Below are positions 20,374-31,306 of a stretch of DNA of 64,000 nucleotides, in pieces (within the stretch, counting starts at the first letter, position 1; each line of letters opens with the position of its first letter). Location: assembly GCA_004322365.1 (NCBI GenBank), contig SCTS01000003.1, positions 2,709 through 66,708 of the forward strand, written 5' to 3'. This DNA is from Patescibacteria group bacterium (GTDB lineage Bacteria; Patescibacteriota; Minisyncoccia; Phycocordibacterales; Phycocordibacteraceae). Below the pieces are notes generated by a model, which was given only the letters and a program-made list of their open reading frames with translations, made no database searches and had not been told where the DNA came from. The position numbers and the translations under genes were made by a program.

Positions 20374-20901
20374 ATGAACAGTAAAAATATCAACGTTATC
20401 ATCATATTGGCAATTGCAGTTGTCGCTATCTTCATCGGACTTGGATTCTTTGGTTTCGGTGGACTTGGTACTACAGGTGCTCCAAAAACTGAACAAAATG
20501 GCGCGCAAGCAATTCTTGCTGAAATTCAACAGACAGGAACAGTTGCAGATCTTCGGGTTCAAGAAATTACTGACGGGGCTGGCGAAGTAGTTGTTGCTGG
20601 GGATACGCTCACCGTTCAATACATTGGTGTTTTACCTGATGGTACAGTTTTTGATTCAACGGATGCACATGGCGGTACACCGTTCACATTTACTATTGGC
20701 GCTGGAAAGGTTATTCAGGGATGGGAAAGAGGTCTTCTTGGTATGAGAGAAGGGGGCCGTCGCTTACTTGCGGTACCGCCGGCGTTAGGATACGGCGCAC
20801 AGGCAAATGGCGTGATTCCTGCGAATGCCACATTGATATTTGATGTGCAACTTTTGAAACGGGTTCCCGCAGGCACTCCTGTCACACCAGCGACTCCATA
20901 A
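20374..20901 (+). CDS. FKBP-type peptidyl-prolyl cis-trans isomerase (membrane/secreted)
   Basis: GDTLTVQYIGVLPDGTVFDS...GWERGLLGMREGGRR...LIFDVQLL FKBP core. Confidence 0.85.
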   Translation: MNSKNINVIIILAIAVVAIFIGLGFFGFGGLGTTGAPKTEQNGAQAILAEIQQTGTVADLRVQEITDGAGEVVVAGDTLTVQYIGVLPDGTVFDSTDAHGGTPFTFTIGAGKVIQGWERGLLGMREGGRRLLAVPPALGYGAQANGVIPANATLIFDVQLLKRVPAGTPVTPATP

Positions 20902-20907
20902 GTGGTA

Positions 20908-22143
20908 ATGTCTGTAGGTTCTTTCTCGTTTAAGATACAACACGCGCTTCCCATTGGAGCGCGTGTTGGCATTGTAGAGACTCCCCATGGCTTGTTTGAA
21001 ACTCCTGCGTTTGTGGTAGTGGGGACAAAGGCAACAGTGAAATCTGTGTTGCCTGATGATTTGCGTATGCATGCCGGTGTGGATGTTGCCCTTGCAAATA
21101 CCTACCATCTTTTTCTTCAACCGGGTGAAGATATTGTAGCCGAGGCTGGTGGTCTGCATGCCTTCATGGGCTGGGAAGGGCCTTTATTTACCGACTCAGG
21201 AGGGTTTCAAGTTTTTTCGTTGGGTGTAGGTTTTGGAAAAGGTCTTTCAAAATTTGTCCCCCGTAAGGATGATGTTGGGTTTACAAAACCCAACATTCCA
21301 ACAGTGTTTGATGAAGATGTTCGTTCTCAACATGGGAAGTTGGCTATTGTTGATGATGAGGGAGTTTCCTTTACTTCCCACATTGATGGAACGCTGTATC
21401 GATTTACACCTGAGCGATCAGTCGAAATTCAACACAAGCTCGGGGCTGATATTTTTTTTGCGTTTGATGATTTTGTTTTGCCCGATGCCCCTCGGGAAGA
21501 ACAAATAACTTCAATGCGTCGAACGCATGCATGGGCAGAGCGATCCCTCGCGACACATAGGGCAAACCTTAAAGCCAGAAAACGACAAGCAATTTTCGGC
21601 ATTGTGCAGGGAGGGAGATACGCTGATCTTCGGGCAGAGAGTGCAAAAATAATTGGGGAGATGGAGTTTGATGGCTTTGGTATTGGAGGAACTTTTTCTA
21701 AAGCGGATTTAGGAGAAACTCTTCGAGTTGCCATAGATAACCTCCCACCCGAGAAGCCTCGGCATCTTTTGGGTATAGGAGAACCTGAGGATATTTTTGA
21801 AGCAGTGTCACAAGGCATAGATACTTTTGATTGTGTACAGCCAACACGCCTTGCACGAACGGGAATGATTTACACAGCTCGAGGAAAAGTTAATCTTTTG
21901 AATGAAAAATACATTCGTGACTTCTCGCCGCTCGATGTAGAAACAGGAGGGTATGCCTCGGAGCATTTTTCAAAAGCATATGTAGCGCATTTGTTCCGTG
22001 CAAAAGAAATGCTCGGCGCCACAATAGCCTCAATTCATAATTTATACTTCCTCACTTCTCTGATGAAAAATATTCGTCAATCCATTCAAGAAGATAGATT
22101 TGAGCAGTTTCGAGTATCGTTTTTGAGCCAGTATTCTAATTGA
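20908..22143 (+). CDS. tgt: queuine tRNA-ribosyltransferase
   Basis: LFETPAFVVVGTKATVK, LANTYHL, FGIVQGG motifs; GTG at 20902 also possible. Confidence 0.85.
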   Translation: MSVGSFSFKIQHALPIGARVGIVETPHGLFETPAFVVVGTKATVKSVLPDDLRMHAGVDVALANTYHLFLQPGEDIVAEAGGLHAFMGWEGPLFTDSGGFQVFSLGVGFGKGLSKFVPRKDDVGFTKPNIPTVFDEDVRSQHGKLAIVDDEGVSFTSHIDGTLYRFTPERSVEIQHKLGADIFFAFDDFVLPDAPREEQITSMRRTHAWAERSLATHRANLKARKRQAIFGIVQGGRYADLRAESAKIIGEMEFDGFGIGGTFSKADLGETLRVAIDNLPPEKPRHLLGIGEPEDIFEAVSQGIDTFDCVQPTRLARTGMIYTARGKVNLLNEKYIRDFSPLDVETGGYASEHFSKAYVAHLFRAKEMLGATIASIHNLYFLTSLMKNIRQSIQEDRFEQFRVSFLSQYSN

Positions 22144-22190
22144 ATTTTCAAAAGCTGGAACCTGACAGCTGAAAGCTGTACGCTGTCTAG

Positions 22191-23321
22191 ATGGAGCCTC
22201 TTGCGGTAAAAATTCGACCCAAAAATCTTGATGAATTCATTGGGCAGGAGCATTTAGTAGGAGCTGGGAAACCTCTTCGTGTTGCCATAGAAGGTAAACA
22301 CCGATTTTCTTTTGTGCTCTGGGGACCACCAGGAGTAGGAAAGACAACCTTGGCACGCATTTATGCTGATTCACTCGATGCTACTTTTTTTGAACTTTCG
22401 GCTGTTGCAGTTGGGAAAGAAGATATTAGGAAAGTAATAGCTACTGACACAGGTGGAAAACCAAAAGTTTTATTTCTTGACGAAATACATAGATTTAATA
22501 AAGCTCAGCAAGATTTTCTTCTTCCTTTTGTAGAGAAAGGCGACCTAACATTAATTGGGGCAACGACGGAAAATCCTAGTTTTGAAGTTATTCCTGCGCT
22601 TTTGTCCCGTGCCCGCGTATTTGTACTTCAGTCAATATCTGAAGAAAATATGACAAAGATAGTGACTCGCACAGAGGTCACACTCAATGCGGAAGCTATT
22701 GATTGGGTCGTTGCGTATGCGAATGGCGATGCACGAGCTCTAATTACTATTATTGAGAATGCCGAGCGTTTATATGGAGAAGTAACCACAAAGACACTGC
22801 AAGAATCACTTCAATCAGGGCGTCTTCGATACGACAAGAAAGGTGAGGAACACTACGATACTATTTCCGCATTCATAAAAAGCATGCGTGCAAGTCAACC
22901 TGATGCTGCAATGTATTATCTTGCGCGCATGCTTGAGGGTGGGGAAGACCCCGTGTTTATTGCACGGCGTATGGTGATTTTTGCCAGTGAGGATATTGGG
23001 CTCGCTCAACCCACCGCATTAGTGGTAGCAAATGCGGTGTTTGATGCTGTTCGCTCAATAGGAATGCCTGAGGCTGGAATAAATCTGGCCCATGGTGTTG
23101 CCTATCTTTCAAATTCTAAAAAAGACCGTTCCAGCTATGATGCCCTCCGTTCTGCGCAAGCGGATGTTCAGGCTACGGGGAATCTGCCTATCCCTATGAA
23201 TGTGCGTAATGCACCAACAAAGCTTATGAAGGAGTTGGGATACGGCAAGGAGTATACAAAATATGACACAGAGAGTTATTTGCCTGAAAAATTAAAAAAG
23301 AAGAAATATTTTGATTCTTGA
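22191..23321 (+). CDS. rarA: replication-associated recombination protein A (AAA+ ATPase RarA/MgsA)
   Basis: [29 protein letters not shown] Walker A, sensor motifs. Confidence 0.85.
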   Translation: MEPLAVKIRPKNLDEFIGQEHLVGAGKPLRVAIEGKHRFSFVLWGPPGVGKTTLARIYADSLDATFFELSAVAVGKEDIRKVIATDTGGKPKVLFLDEIHRFNKAQQDFLLPFVEKGDLTLIGATTENPSFEVIPALLSRARVFVLQSISEENMTKIVTRTEVTLNAEAIDWVVAYANGDARALITIIENAERLYGEVTTKTLQESLQSGRLRYDKKGEEHYDTISAFIKSMRASQPDAAMYYLARMLEGGEDPVFIARRMVIFASEDIGLAQPTALVVANAVFDAVRSIGMPEAGINLAHGVAYLSNSKKDRSSYDALRSAQADVQATGNLPIPMNVRNAPTKLMKELGYGKEYTKYDTESYLPEKLKKKKYFDS

Positions 23322-23694
23322 CAGAATTTTTGAAAAGAGTATTTTGGATATATGGCAACTGTAGTTCGTAACTTTGGCCTTCTTCTCGTCGTCAGCCTAC
23401 GCTAACGGAGGGGATTTGAGTTATATAAAAAAAACAAACCCTTCCCTAAAACGGAGGGGTTTTTAAAAATAAATATCATGAGTATAGATAATGGGGAGAG
23501 AGGTCATCGCGGATTTTTAGGTTCACGACAGCACGTTGAACACAAAAGTGTACATCCTGGATGTTTTTGTCAAATGAAGCTTTCATCTGAAAATTCTACC
23601 CCTACGCATGACCGTTATATATGTATCTTTGAAGGGTGTCATAGGGGAAAATGGGAGCGAAAAATATAATTTTTGAGTTTTTTGTTATAGTGCC

Positions 23695-25782
23695 ATGGTG
23701 AACGGGTTTAAACTCAAATCAGAATATTCACCCGCGGGTGATCAGCCTAAGGCCATTGAGGCGTTGGTTAAAGGTGTGAAAAAAGGGGAGTCACATCAGA
23801 CACTTCTTGGTGTCACGGGGTCGGGTAAAACATTCACTGTTGCAAATGTTATACAGCAGATTCAAAAGCCAACCTTAGTTATTGCGCACAATAAAACACT
23901 TGCAGCACAACTCACACAAGAGTATCGAGAATTTTTTCCTGAAAATGCAGTGCATTATTTTGTTTCCTATTACGATTACTATCAGCCAGAGGCATATATG
24001 CCGATGACTGATACCTACATCGAGAAAGAGGCTCAAATTAACGCTGAAATTGATCGTTTACGCCACGCTTCTACTCAGGCACTTTTAACTCGAAGTGATG
24101 TCATTATTGTGGCATCTGTCTCTGCTATATACGGCCTTGGCTCTCCTGAGCAATATAAAAGAGTTCATAGAAACATTAAAGTGGGCGAGAAGTTTGAGCG
24201 TGCGGAGTTCGTGCGCGCCCTCATTGGATTGCAGTTTGAGCGAACTAATGCTGATTTAACTCCAGGAACATTTAGAGCGGTAGGTGCCAATGTTGAACTG
24301 ATGCCAGTCAACGAAGTGGCGGTGTACCGTATTCATCCAGAGAATGGAAAGATTGCACATATCAGTAAATTGAATGCGGTCTCGCGAGCTCTCGTTGATG
24401 AACCAAAAGAATTTTTTCTTTTTCCTGCAAAGCATTACGTTACCGATGAAGCCGATAGAGGAAGAGCAGTTGCGGATATACAAAAAGAACTTGATGTTCG
24501 TTTAGTTCAGCTTGAAGCTGAAGGGAAAATGCTTGAAGCAGAACGCTTGCGGAGACGCACTCGCTACGATCTCGCTCTCATTCGTGAAATTGGATACTGT
24601 AACGGTATTGAAAATTACTCTTGTCATTTTGATGGGCGCAAAGCTGGAGAGCCACCCTACACACTTCTCTCATATTTTCCGCACAAAGCAGATGGAACGC
24701 CAGACTTCTTGACGGTCATTGATGAATCGCATGTGACTATTCCTCAGCTTCGTGGCATGTATGCGGGAGATCAGTCACGAAAGAAAATGCTCATTGATTA
24801 TGGGTTTCGATTGCCCTCTGCTGCGGATAATCGCCCTCTAACATTTGATGAATTTGAAGGAAGGGTGGGTGAAAAAGTGTATACCAGTGCAACACCGGGA
24901 GTGTATGAGTTTGAACACTCGGGTAAGCCTATTGAGCAAGTGATTCGCCCTACTGGGCTCATTGATCCTGAAATAATAATTCGTCCTGTAACTGGCACCA
25001 GTTCGTCTAGTAGTCAGGTTGTCGACTTTATAGAAGAAACCATCACGGTAGTAAAAGGAGGAGGGCGGGTATTGGTAACGACGCTCACGAAGAAAATGGC
25101 AGAAGATTTATCTGAATTTTTAAAGGAAAAGAAAATAAAAGCAGAATATATTCATAGCGACATTAAGACGATTGACCGCATTACTATTCTTACTGAATTT
25201 CGTAAGGGTACCTTTGACTGCTTGGTGGGCGTTAACCTACTTCGTGAAGGACTCGACCTGCCTGAAGTTGAGCTTGTGGGAATATTGGATGCAGACAAAG
25301 AAGGATTTCTTCGTTCCGATACATCGCTTATTCAAACTATAGGTCGTGCCGCAAGAAATGTGAACGGCAGAGTTATTCTTTATGCGGATGGTATGACGGG
25401 TTCCATGGAGCGTGCCATCGGTGAGACTAACCGTCGTCGTGCAGTTCAGCTTGCCTACAATAAAAAACACGGCATTACACCGAAAACCATTCATAAGGTT
25501 ATTAAAGACATCACCGAGACACTGCAGTCAGAGCGAGCCGCTACTATCGCTATGCTTTTGGCAGTTGATGAGGATCGCACGCATGATCCTAAAGCCTTGA
25601 AGGCTCTTATTGCAGAAAAGCGTCAGCAAATGGAAGACGCTGTAGAGGTTCTTGATTTTGAAACTGCTGCATTGTTGCGTGATGAGGTGTATAAACTCGA
25701 AGAGAAGTTGCCAGTGCCCAAAAAACCTAAGCGCAAACCAAAATGGCCTAAGAAGGGGATGGTTGTAAATTTAGAGGACTAA
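23695..25782 (+). CDS. uvrB: excinuclease ABC subunit B
   Basis: GVTGSGKTFT Walker A, helicase motifs, C-terminal UVR domain LLRDEVYKLEE. Confidence 0.9.
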   Translation: MVNGFKLKSEYSPAGDQPKAIEALVKGVKKGESHQTLLGVTGSGKTFTVANVIQQIQKPTLVIAHNKTLAAQLTQEYREFFPENAVHYFVSYYDYYQPEAYMPMTDTYIEKEAQINAEIDRLRHASTQALLTRSDVIIVASVSAIYGLGSPEQYKRVHRNIKVGEKFERAEFVRALIGLQFERTNADLTPGTFRAVGANVELMPVNEVAVYRIHPENGKIAHISKLNAVSRALVDEPKEFFLFPAKHYVTDEADRGRAVADIQKELDVRLVQLEAEGKMLEAERLRRRTRYDLALIREIGYCNGIENYSCHFDGRKAGEPPYTLLSYFPHKADGTPDFLTVIDESHVTIPQLRGMYAGDQSRKKMLIDYGFRLPSAADNRPLTFDEFEGRVGEKVYTSATPGVYEFEHSGKPIEQVIRPTGLIDPEIIIRPVTGTSSSSSQVVDFIEETITVVKGGGRVLVTTLTKKMAEDLSEFLKEKKIKAEYIHSDIKTIDRITILTEFRKGTFDCLVGVNLLREGLDLPEVELVGILDADKEGFLRSDTSLIQTIGRAARNVNGRVILYADGMTGSMERAIGETNRRRAVQLAYNKKHGITPKTIHKVIKDITETLQSERAATIAMLLAVDEDRTHDPKALKALIAEKRQQMEDAVEVLDFETAALLRDEVYKLEEKLPVPKKPKRKPKWPKKGMVVNLED

Positions 25783-25851
25783 AGACTCTAGCGTCGGCCT
25801 TCATGAGGCGGTACTATAGGGGTACCGCCGAACCGGCGGTTATTCGTATAT

Positions 25852-28476
25852 ATGGCAAAAGAAAAATCGAAAGATATTCATGACTCTGATGTAGGTCTCG
25901 ACAAGATTGTTGTTCGAGGTGCAAAGACACATAACCTCAAGAATGTTTCCCTAGAGATTCCTCGAAACAAGCTTGTGGTATTTACAGGTCTTTCTGGTTC
26001 AGGAAAATCGTCACTTGCATTCGACACCATTTTTGCTGAAGGACAGAGAAGGTATGTAGAGTCACTTTCTGCATACGCTCGGCAATTTTTAAACCAGATG
26101 GCAAAGCCCGATGTCGAGGAGATTACTGGCCTTTCCCCAGCCATCGCTATTGATCAGAAAAGTCGCTCCAATAACCCGCGCTCCACGGTGGCTACTATTA
26201 CTGAGATTTATGACTACATGCGTATTCTGTATGCTCGCGTAGGTCAGCCGTACTGTACACAAGACGACACTCCAATTCAGAAACTTTCCAAAGAAGAGAT
26301 TATGAAGATAATTCTTCGCACAGCTGAGGTGGTTGATTTGAAAGCAACAGCAAAGAGGGCAATGGGGGTTGCATATAATGATTTGAAAGTTCGTATTTTG
26401 GCTCCCGTAGTTGTCGGTAGAAAGGGTGAATATTACCAACTCCTGTATGACTTACTCGGTAAAGGATTTGAGAAAGTAATTGTTGACGGAAAAGAACATT
26501 CACTTCGAGAGAGAATTGCTATTGAAAAGAATAAGGTGCACGACATTGATGTTGTAGTGGATGAGATTTTTGTTACCGAATTTGAAAAATCAAAAGTAGA
26601 TGCACGGGAACGCTTATCTGAAGCGATTGAGCTTGCGCTTAAAGAATCGAACGGTCTTATAAAGATAGAAAACCCACTGAAAGAAGTACGCATTCTTTCT
26701 GCAAAATTCATCTGTCCTTTAGACGGTTCTTCATTCCCTGAAGTTGAACCTCGACTATTCTCATTCAATAGCCCGTATGGTGCATGCCCTGAATGTCACG
26801 GCCTTGGCACAGTCGGATTCTTTAATCTCGATATTTGTACTGTGTGTGAAGGGAAGCGCCTTCGACCAGAAGCACTCCGTGTGTTTTTGGGAGGCACTGA
26901 AAACAAACTGGGTATTTCGATTGTTGATTTGACTCGACTTTCAATTATTGATGCAAAGGCTTTTATTGAAAATCTTAAACTGACCAAAAAACAGGAAGAA
27001 ATTTCAAGCGCCATTCTCAAAGAAATTCTTGCACGCTTACAATTCATGATTGACGTAGGTATTGGCTATCTTACCCTCGATCGTACTGCCAACACGCTTT
27101 CTGGTGGTGAGGCACAGCGTATTAGGCTCGCATCTCAGTTGGGAAGCGGTCTTGTGGGCGCCTTATACGTTCTCGATGAACCAACTATAGGTCTTCACCA
27201 AAAAGATAATGATCGTTTAGTTAAAACACTTTTACGGCTTCGAGATTTAGGTAACAGCATCATTGTTGTGGAGCATGACGAAGATACTATTTTTTCCTCG
27301 GATTTTATTGTGGACATTGGCCCAGGGGCTGGGGTACATGGGGGAGAGATAGTTGTTGCTGGGTGGCTCGACAAACTCCTTACAGCAAAACGAAATGACT
27401 CAGGCTCTTTGACACTCTCGTACCTTCGTGGAGAAAAAAAGATTCCGATTCCCGATGAGCGACGCACTGAGCAAAAAGGTGCCTTGAAAGTGAGACAAGG
27501 AAATATTTTCAACATCAAGAATATGGATGTTGATGTTCCTTTGGGTAGGTTGATTTGTGTCACTGGTGTTTCGGGCTCTGGAAAGTCATCTTTTATGTAT
27601 GAACTATTGTATAAAAATCTCCGAGGGAAGTTAGAGCGAAATTATAGAACAACAAAGCTGTATAACTGTGCAAGTTTTTCAGGCGCTGAATATTTGAGTC
27701 GAGTCATTCTTATCGACCAATCATCTATTGGTCGCACACCTCGCTCTAACCCCGCAACATATACGGGTGCCTTTTCACATATTCGAGATATGTTTGCTGC
27801 AACGACTGAGGCTCGTGCTCGAGGATGGAAGGGTGGTAGGTTCTCGTTCAATGTAAAGGGAGGACGATGTGAGGCATGCCAAGGAAACGGCACCATTGCC
27901 GTTGAGATGCATTTCTTGCCCACAGTGTATGTAACTTGCGATGTGTGTGACGGTAAGCGCTTTATGAAGGAAACCTTGGAAGTCGAATACCGAAAGAAAA
28001 ACATACATCAAGTACTTTCTATGACAGTGGAAGAGGGACTTGAGTTCTTTAATGATATTCCCGCTATTCATGATCGTCTTAAAACACTTTCAGAAGTGGG
28101 CCTTGGCTACTTGAAGTTAGGTCAATCCGCAACGACACTTTCAGGTGGTGAAGCCCAAAGAGTGAAGATTTCTTCGGAGCTCTACCGTAGACACACCGAA
28201 AAGACTATTTATCTTTTAGACGAGCCTACTATCGGGCTTCACTATGAAGATGTTCGAAAACTTATAGACATTTTGCAGACCCTCGTAAACAAAGGGAATA
28301 CAGTCATGGTTATTGAACACAACATGGAACTCATAAAGAGTTCTGACTTCGTTATCGATATTGGACCTGACGGGGGAGTTGATGGAGGGAAAATCGTCGC
28401 CAAGGGTACGCCTGAAGAAGTGGCGCGGACGAAAGGCTCATATACTGGGGAATATTTGAAACCACTCTTGAAATAA
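25852..28476 (+). CDS. uvrA: excinuclease ABC subunit A
   Basis: Two ABC modules ([22 protein letters not shown]), zinc-finger Cys clusters, LSGGEAQR x2. Confidence 0.9.
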   Translation: MAKEKSKDIHDSDVGLDKIVVRGAKTHNLKNVSLEIPRNKLVVFTGLSGSGKSSLAFDTIFAEGQRRYVESLSAYARQFLNQMAKPDVEEITGLSPAIAIDQKSRSNNPRSTVATITEIYDYMRILYARVGQPYCTQDDTPIQKLSKEEIMKIILRTAEVVDLKATAKRAMGVAYNDLKVRILAPVVVGRKGEYYQLLYDLLGKGFEKVIVDGKEHSLRERIAIEKNKVHDIDVVVDEIFVTEFEKSKVDARERLSEAIELALKESNGLIKIENPLKEVRILSAKFICPLDGSSFPEVEPRLFSFNSPYGACPECHGLGTVGFFNLDICTVCEGKRLRPEALRVFLGGTENKLGISIVDLTRLSIIDAKAFIENLKLTKKQEEISSAILKEILARLQFMIDVGIGYLTLDRTANTLSGGEAQRIRLASQLGSGLVGALYVLDEPTIGLHQKDNDRLVKTLLRLRDLGNSIIVVEHDEDTIFSSDFIVDIGPGAGVHGGEIVVAGWLDKLLTAKRNDSGSLTLSYLRGEKKIPIPDERRTEQKGALKVRQGNIFNIKNMDVDVPLGRLICVTGVSGSGKSSFMYELLYKNLRGKLERNYRTTKLYNCASFSGAEYLSRVILIDQSSIGRTPRSNPATYTGAFSHIRDMFAATTEARARGWKGGRFSFNVKGGRCEACQGNGTIAVEMHFLPTVYVTCDVCDGKRFMKETLEVEYRKKNIHQVLSMTVEEGLEFFNDIPAIHDRLKTLSEVGLGYLKLGQSATTLSGGEAQRVKISSELYRRHTEKTIYLLDEPTIGLHYEDVRKLIDILQTLVNKGNTVMVIEHNMELIKSSDFVIDIGPDGGVDGGKIVAKGTPEEVARTKGSYTGEYLKPLLK

Positions 28477-28497
28477 TGATTTTGGTATAGTGACTCT

Positions 28498-29727
28498 GTG
28501 AAGAAGAAAGATCTAGATTTTTCAAAAATCCCTGATACACCAGGTATTTATATCTTTCGTAAAGGAAAGAAGATTTTATATATAGGGAAGGCAACATCAC
28601 TTCGAAGTAGAATCCGTAGCTATTTTGTTGTTGCGATAGCTGATATTCGCAGTCCCTTGATTGCAAAGATTGTTGTAGATGCGGAAGCTGTGACATGGGA
28701 AGAAACCGATTCAGTTTTAGAGGCATTTCTTTTGGAATCGAAACGAATAAAAGAATATCAGCCGGTAGGAAATACAGATGCGAAAGATAATAAGAGTTGG
28801 AATTATTTAGTGGTTACCAATGAAACCTTTCCTCGTTTTCTTGTCGTTCGTGAAAGAGAGCTTACTTCTAAATTTTCTCCATCTCTCATCAAGTATCTCT
28901 TCGGGCCTTTCCCGAGTGGAGTGATGCTCAAGAGTGCTTTAAAAATAATTCGTAGAATCTTTCCTTTTTTCGACACCAAGTTTCCTCTAGACAATCATTT
29001 AAGCCCTGCGAATGAAAAAACACTTCACTTTAATCAATCTATTGGACTCTATCCTCGAGAGCTCAATGAAATTGAATATAAAAAAACCGTTCGCAATATC
29101 GTTCTTCTCTTTGAAGCAAAGAAATCCACTCTTTTGAAAACATTGGAGCGAGAAATGATGAAGTCTGCAAAAGCTGAAGATTTTGAAGAAGCAGAAAAAT
29201 TAAAGCGGCAAGTGTTTGCTCTGAGGCATATTCAAGACATTAGTTTAGTAAAAGAAGAACTTCGTGCCCCTGAGAGTTCGGAATTTCGTATTGAAGCGTA
29301 TGACACAGCGCATATTCGGGGGAGTGCTCCACGAGGAGTTATGTCGGTCATAGTGGATGGGAAAGCTGTTCCCGCTGAATATCGAACATTTACAATTCGA
29401 GATGCAAAGGCAGGGGATGATTACGCAGCCCTTACAGAGATAATTACTCGAAGAGCTAATCACCCTGAGTGGCCTTTTCCAAAATTAATTGTTATTGATG
29501 GAGGAAAAACGCATCTGAATATCGCAAAGAAGTTGCTTGTGAAAGTGGGCATTGATGCGGATGTTGTTTCTGTAGTAAAAGATGAACGACATCGTCCACG
29601 AGAAATCTTAGGCGGTACTGCACTTGCCGTAACGCATGAATCCAGCATTCTTCTTGCAAATAGTGAAGCGCATCGATTTTCTATAGCAAGGCATAGGCAA
29701 GCGCTCCGGAAGTCGAGTTTGCAGTAA
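28498..29727 (+). CDS. uvrC: UvrC homolog, short form (GIY-YIG + UVR + RNase H-like endonuclease domains, no C-terminal HhH)
   Basis: GIYIFRKGKKILYIGKA GIY-YIG; EDFEEAEKLKRQVFAL UVR motif; RIEAYDTAHIRG endonuclease motif; only 409 aa. Confidence 0.75.
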   Translation: MKKKDLDFSKIPDTPGIYIFRKGKKILYIGKATSLRSRIRSYFVVAIADIRSPLIAKIVVDAEAVTWEETDSVLEAFLLESKRIKEYQPVGNTDAKDNKSWNYLVVTNETFPRFLVVRERELTSKFSPSLIKYLFGPFPSGVMLKSALKIIRRIFPFFDTKFPLDNHLSPANEKTLHFNQSIGLYPRELNEIEYKKTVRNIVLLFEAKKSTLLKTLEREMMKSAKAEDFEEAEKLKRQVFALRHIQDISLVKEELRAPESSEFRIEAYDTAHIRGSAPRGVMSVIVDGKAVPAEYRTFTIRDAKAGDDYAALTEIITRRANHPEWPFPKLIVIDGGKTHLNIAKKLLVKVGIDADVVSVVKDERHRPREILGGTALAVTHESSILLANSEAHRFSIARHRQALRKSSLQ

Positions 29728-29768
29728 TTTTGGAACCTATTTTCTGAAGGTGCGGTACAATATTTAAC

Positions 29769-30734
29769 ATGATAACCGTTGCTGTACTTCGTGGAGGTCC
29801 TAGTAATGAACATGATGTCTCTTTAAAGTCAGGGGCAAATGTTTTGAGTCACTTACAGAGAGAGCCCTACCGTGCGATAGATGTATTCATAGATAAGAAG
29901 GGTGTGTGGCATGTTCGTGGCGTTCCTATTGAGCCTGAGAGGGCACTTAGCTCTGTCGACGTGGCGTTTAATGTCATTCACGGGCATTACGGAGAAGATG
30001 GCACCTTACAGCGAATATTAGACAGAATTGGCATTCCTTACACTGGAGGTAACGCTCTTTCGGCAGCACTTTCTATGAACAAAGTGTTAACGAAAGACAT
30101 GCTCGCTTCTTCTGATATCAAAATGGCACACCACGCCATTTTGAATGTGTCGCCGACTTTGGATAAAGACATACTCGAGCTGTTTCGAAGATTCCCTCAG
30201 CCTTCAGTTATAAAACCAAATGCTTCTGGTTCATCGGTTGGGGTGACCATTGCACGGAATTTTGAGGATTTTAAAGAGGGCATAAAAAAAGCTTTTGCGC
30301 ATTCAACGCAGGTATTGATTGAAGAATTCGTACAAGGTAAAGAAGCCACTGTGGGTATCGTTGAAGGGCTCCGTGGGAAAAAACACTATGACCTTCTCCC
30401 CGTCGAGATTGTGCCACCACCAAATGCAGATTTCTTTGACTACGAATTTAAGTACAACGGTGAGACCACTGAGAGAGTGCCTGGAAACTTTACTCGTGAT
30501 GAGACAGCAGAGCTTCAAAGACTCGCAGCACTTGCACACGAGAAGATTGGACTTCGTCACTATTCTCGCTCTGACTTCATTGTGTCTCCTCGAGGTATAT
30601 ATTTCCTTGAAGTAAACAGCGCTGCTGGCGTTGGATTAACAGAACAATCACTACTACCAAAAGCACTTGCCGCAGTGGGTATTTCTATGGATGAATTTTT
30701 AGATCATGTTATTAAAGAAACACTAAAAAAATAA
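29769..30734 (+). CDS. ddl: D-alanine--D-alanine ligase
   Basis: ITVAVLRGGPSNEHDVSLKSG N-terminus, ATP-grasp motifs. Confidence 0.85.
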   Translation: MITVAVLRGGPSNEHDVSLKSGANVLSHLQREPYRAIDVFIDKKGVWHVRGVPIEPERALSSVDVAFNVIHGHYGEDGTLQRILDRIGIPYTGGNALSAALSMNKVLTKDMLASSDIKMAHHAILNVSPTLDKDILELFRRFPQPSVIKPNASGSSVGVTIARNFEDFKEGIKKAFAHSTQVLIEEFVQGKEATVGIVEGLRGKKHYDLLPVEIVPPPNADFFDYEFKYNGETTERVPGNFTRDETAELQRLAALAHEKIGLRHYSRSDFIVSPRGIYFLEVNSAAGVGLTEQSLLPKALAAVGISMDEFLDHVIKETLKK

Positions 30735-30738
30735 TTCT

Positions 30739-31077
30739 GTGAATATTCACCTTACGGATAAAAAATGTGTGGCGTGCGAAGGGGGGATTCCTCCGCTTAC
30801 TAAAGAGGAAATTTCCGCATTCAAACCCCAAGTACCAGTCTGGGAGGTATCGTCTGATGCAAAATCTATTTCGCGACAGTTTGTATTCAAAGATTTCAAA
30901 GAAGCTCTTGCTTTTGTGAATAAGGTTGGAGCCATAGCTGAAGAGGAAGGACATCACCCCGACATCAAGCTTTTTGAATATAAAAATGTACTCGTTACAC
31001 TTTCCACCCACGCAATAAATGGGCTTTCTGAGAATGACTTTATTTTAGCCGCAAAGATTGATACACTCCCTATCTGA
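30739..31077 (+). CDS. pterin-4-alpha-carbinolamine dehydratase (DCoH/PCD)
   Basis: EEEGHHPDIK catalytic motif; 112 aa. Confidence 0.8.
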   Translation: MNIHLTDKKCVACEGGIPPLTKEEISAFKPQVPVWEVSSDAKSISRQFVFKDFKEALAFVNKVGAIAEEEGHHPDIKLFEYKNVLVTLSTHAINGLSENDFILAAKIDTLPI

Positions 31078-31124
31078 GGGGCTGACCTCTCTGCTCGCAA
31101 AGGGTGCATGCAAAGACTTTGCAT

Positions 31125-31155
31125 GGTACTCTCTTTCTCATCAAGGGCCGTAAAC
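31125..31155 (+). pseudogene. truncated duplicate of tRNA-Ala leader plus first 8 nt of tRNA
   Basis: tactctctttctcaNNNagggccgt occurs twice (31127-31151 and 31207-31231), each preceded by a 9-bp hairpin. Confidence 0.45.
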
Positions 31156-31224
31156 AAAGTTTTCGGCCACCCTCTTCGAAAAGATTACATACAAAGAGTT
31201 GTATGATACTCTCTTTCTCAGTGA

Positions 31225-31297
31225 GGGCCGTTAGCTCAATTGGTAGAGCGCCGCATTTGCAATGCGGAGGCAGCCGGTTCGAAACCGGCACGGTCCA
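31225..31297 (+). tRNA. tRNA-Ala (anticodon UGC)
   Basis: Cloverleaf folded by hand: acceptor GGGCCGT/ACGGTCC with G3:U70, anticodon loop tttgcaa, T-arm gccgg-ttcgaaa-ccggc; CCA not encoded. Confidence 0.85.
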
Positions 31298-31306
31298 CAA
31301 TAAAAG

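Noticed and set aside
31225-31297. Initially read this tRNA as tRNA-Cys (GCA)
   Set aside because: Re-indexing the 7-nt anticodon loop tttgcaa puts UGC at positions 34-36; G3:U70 in the acceptor stem confirms alanine identity.
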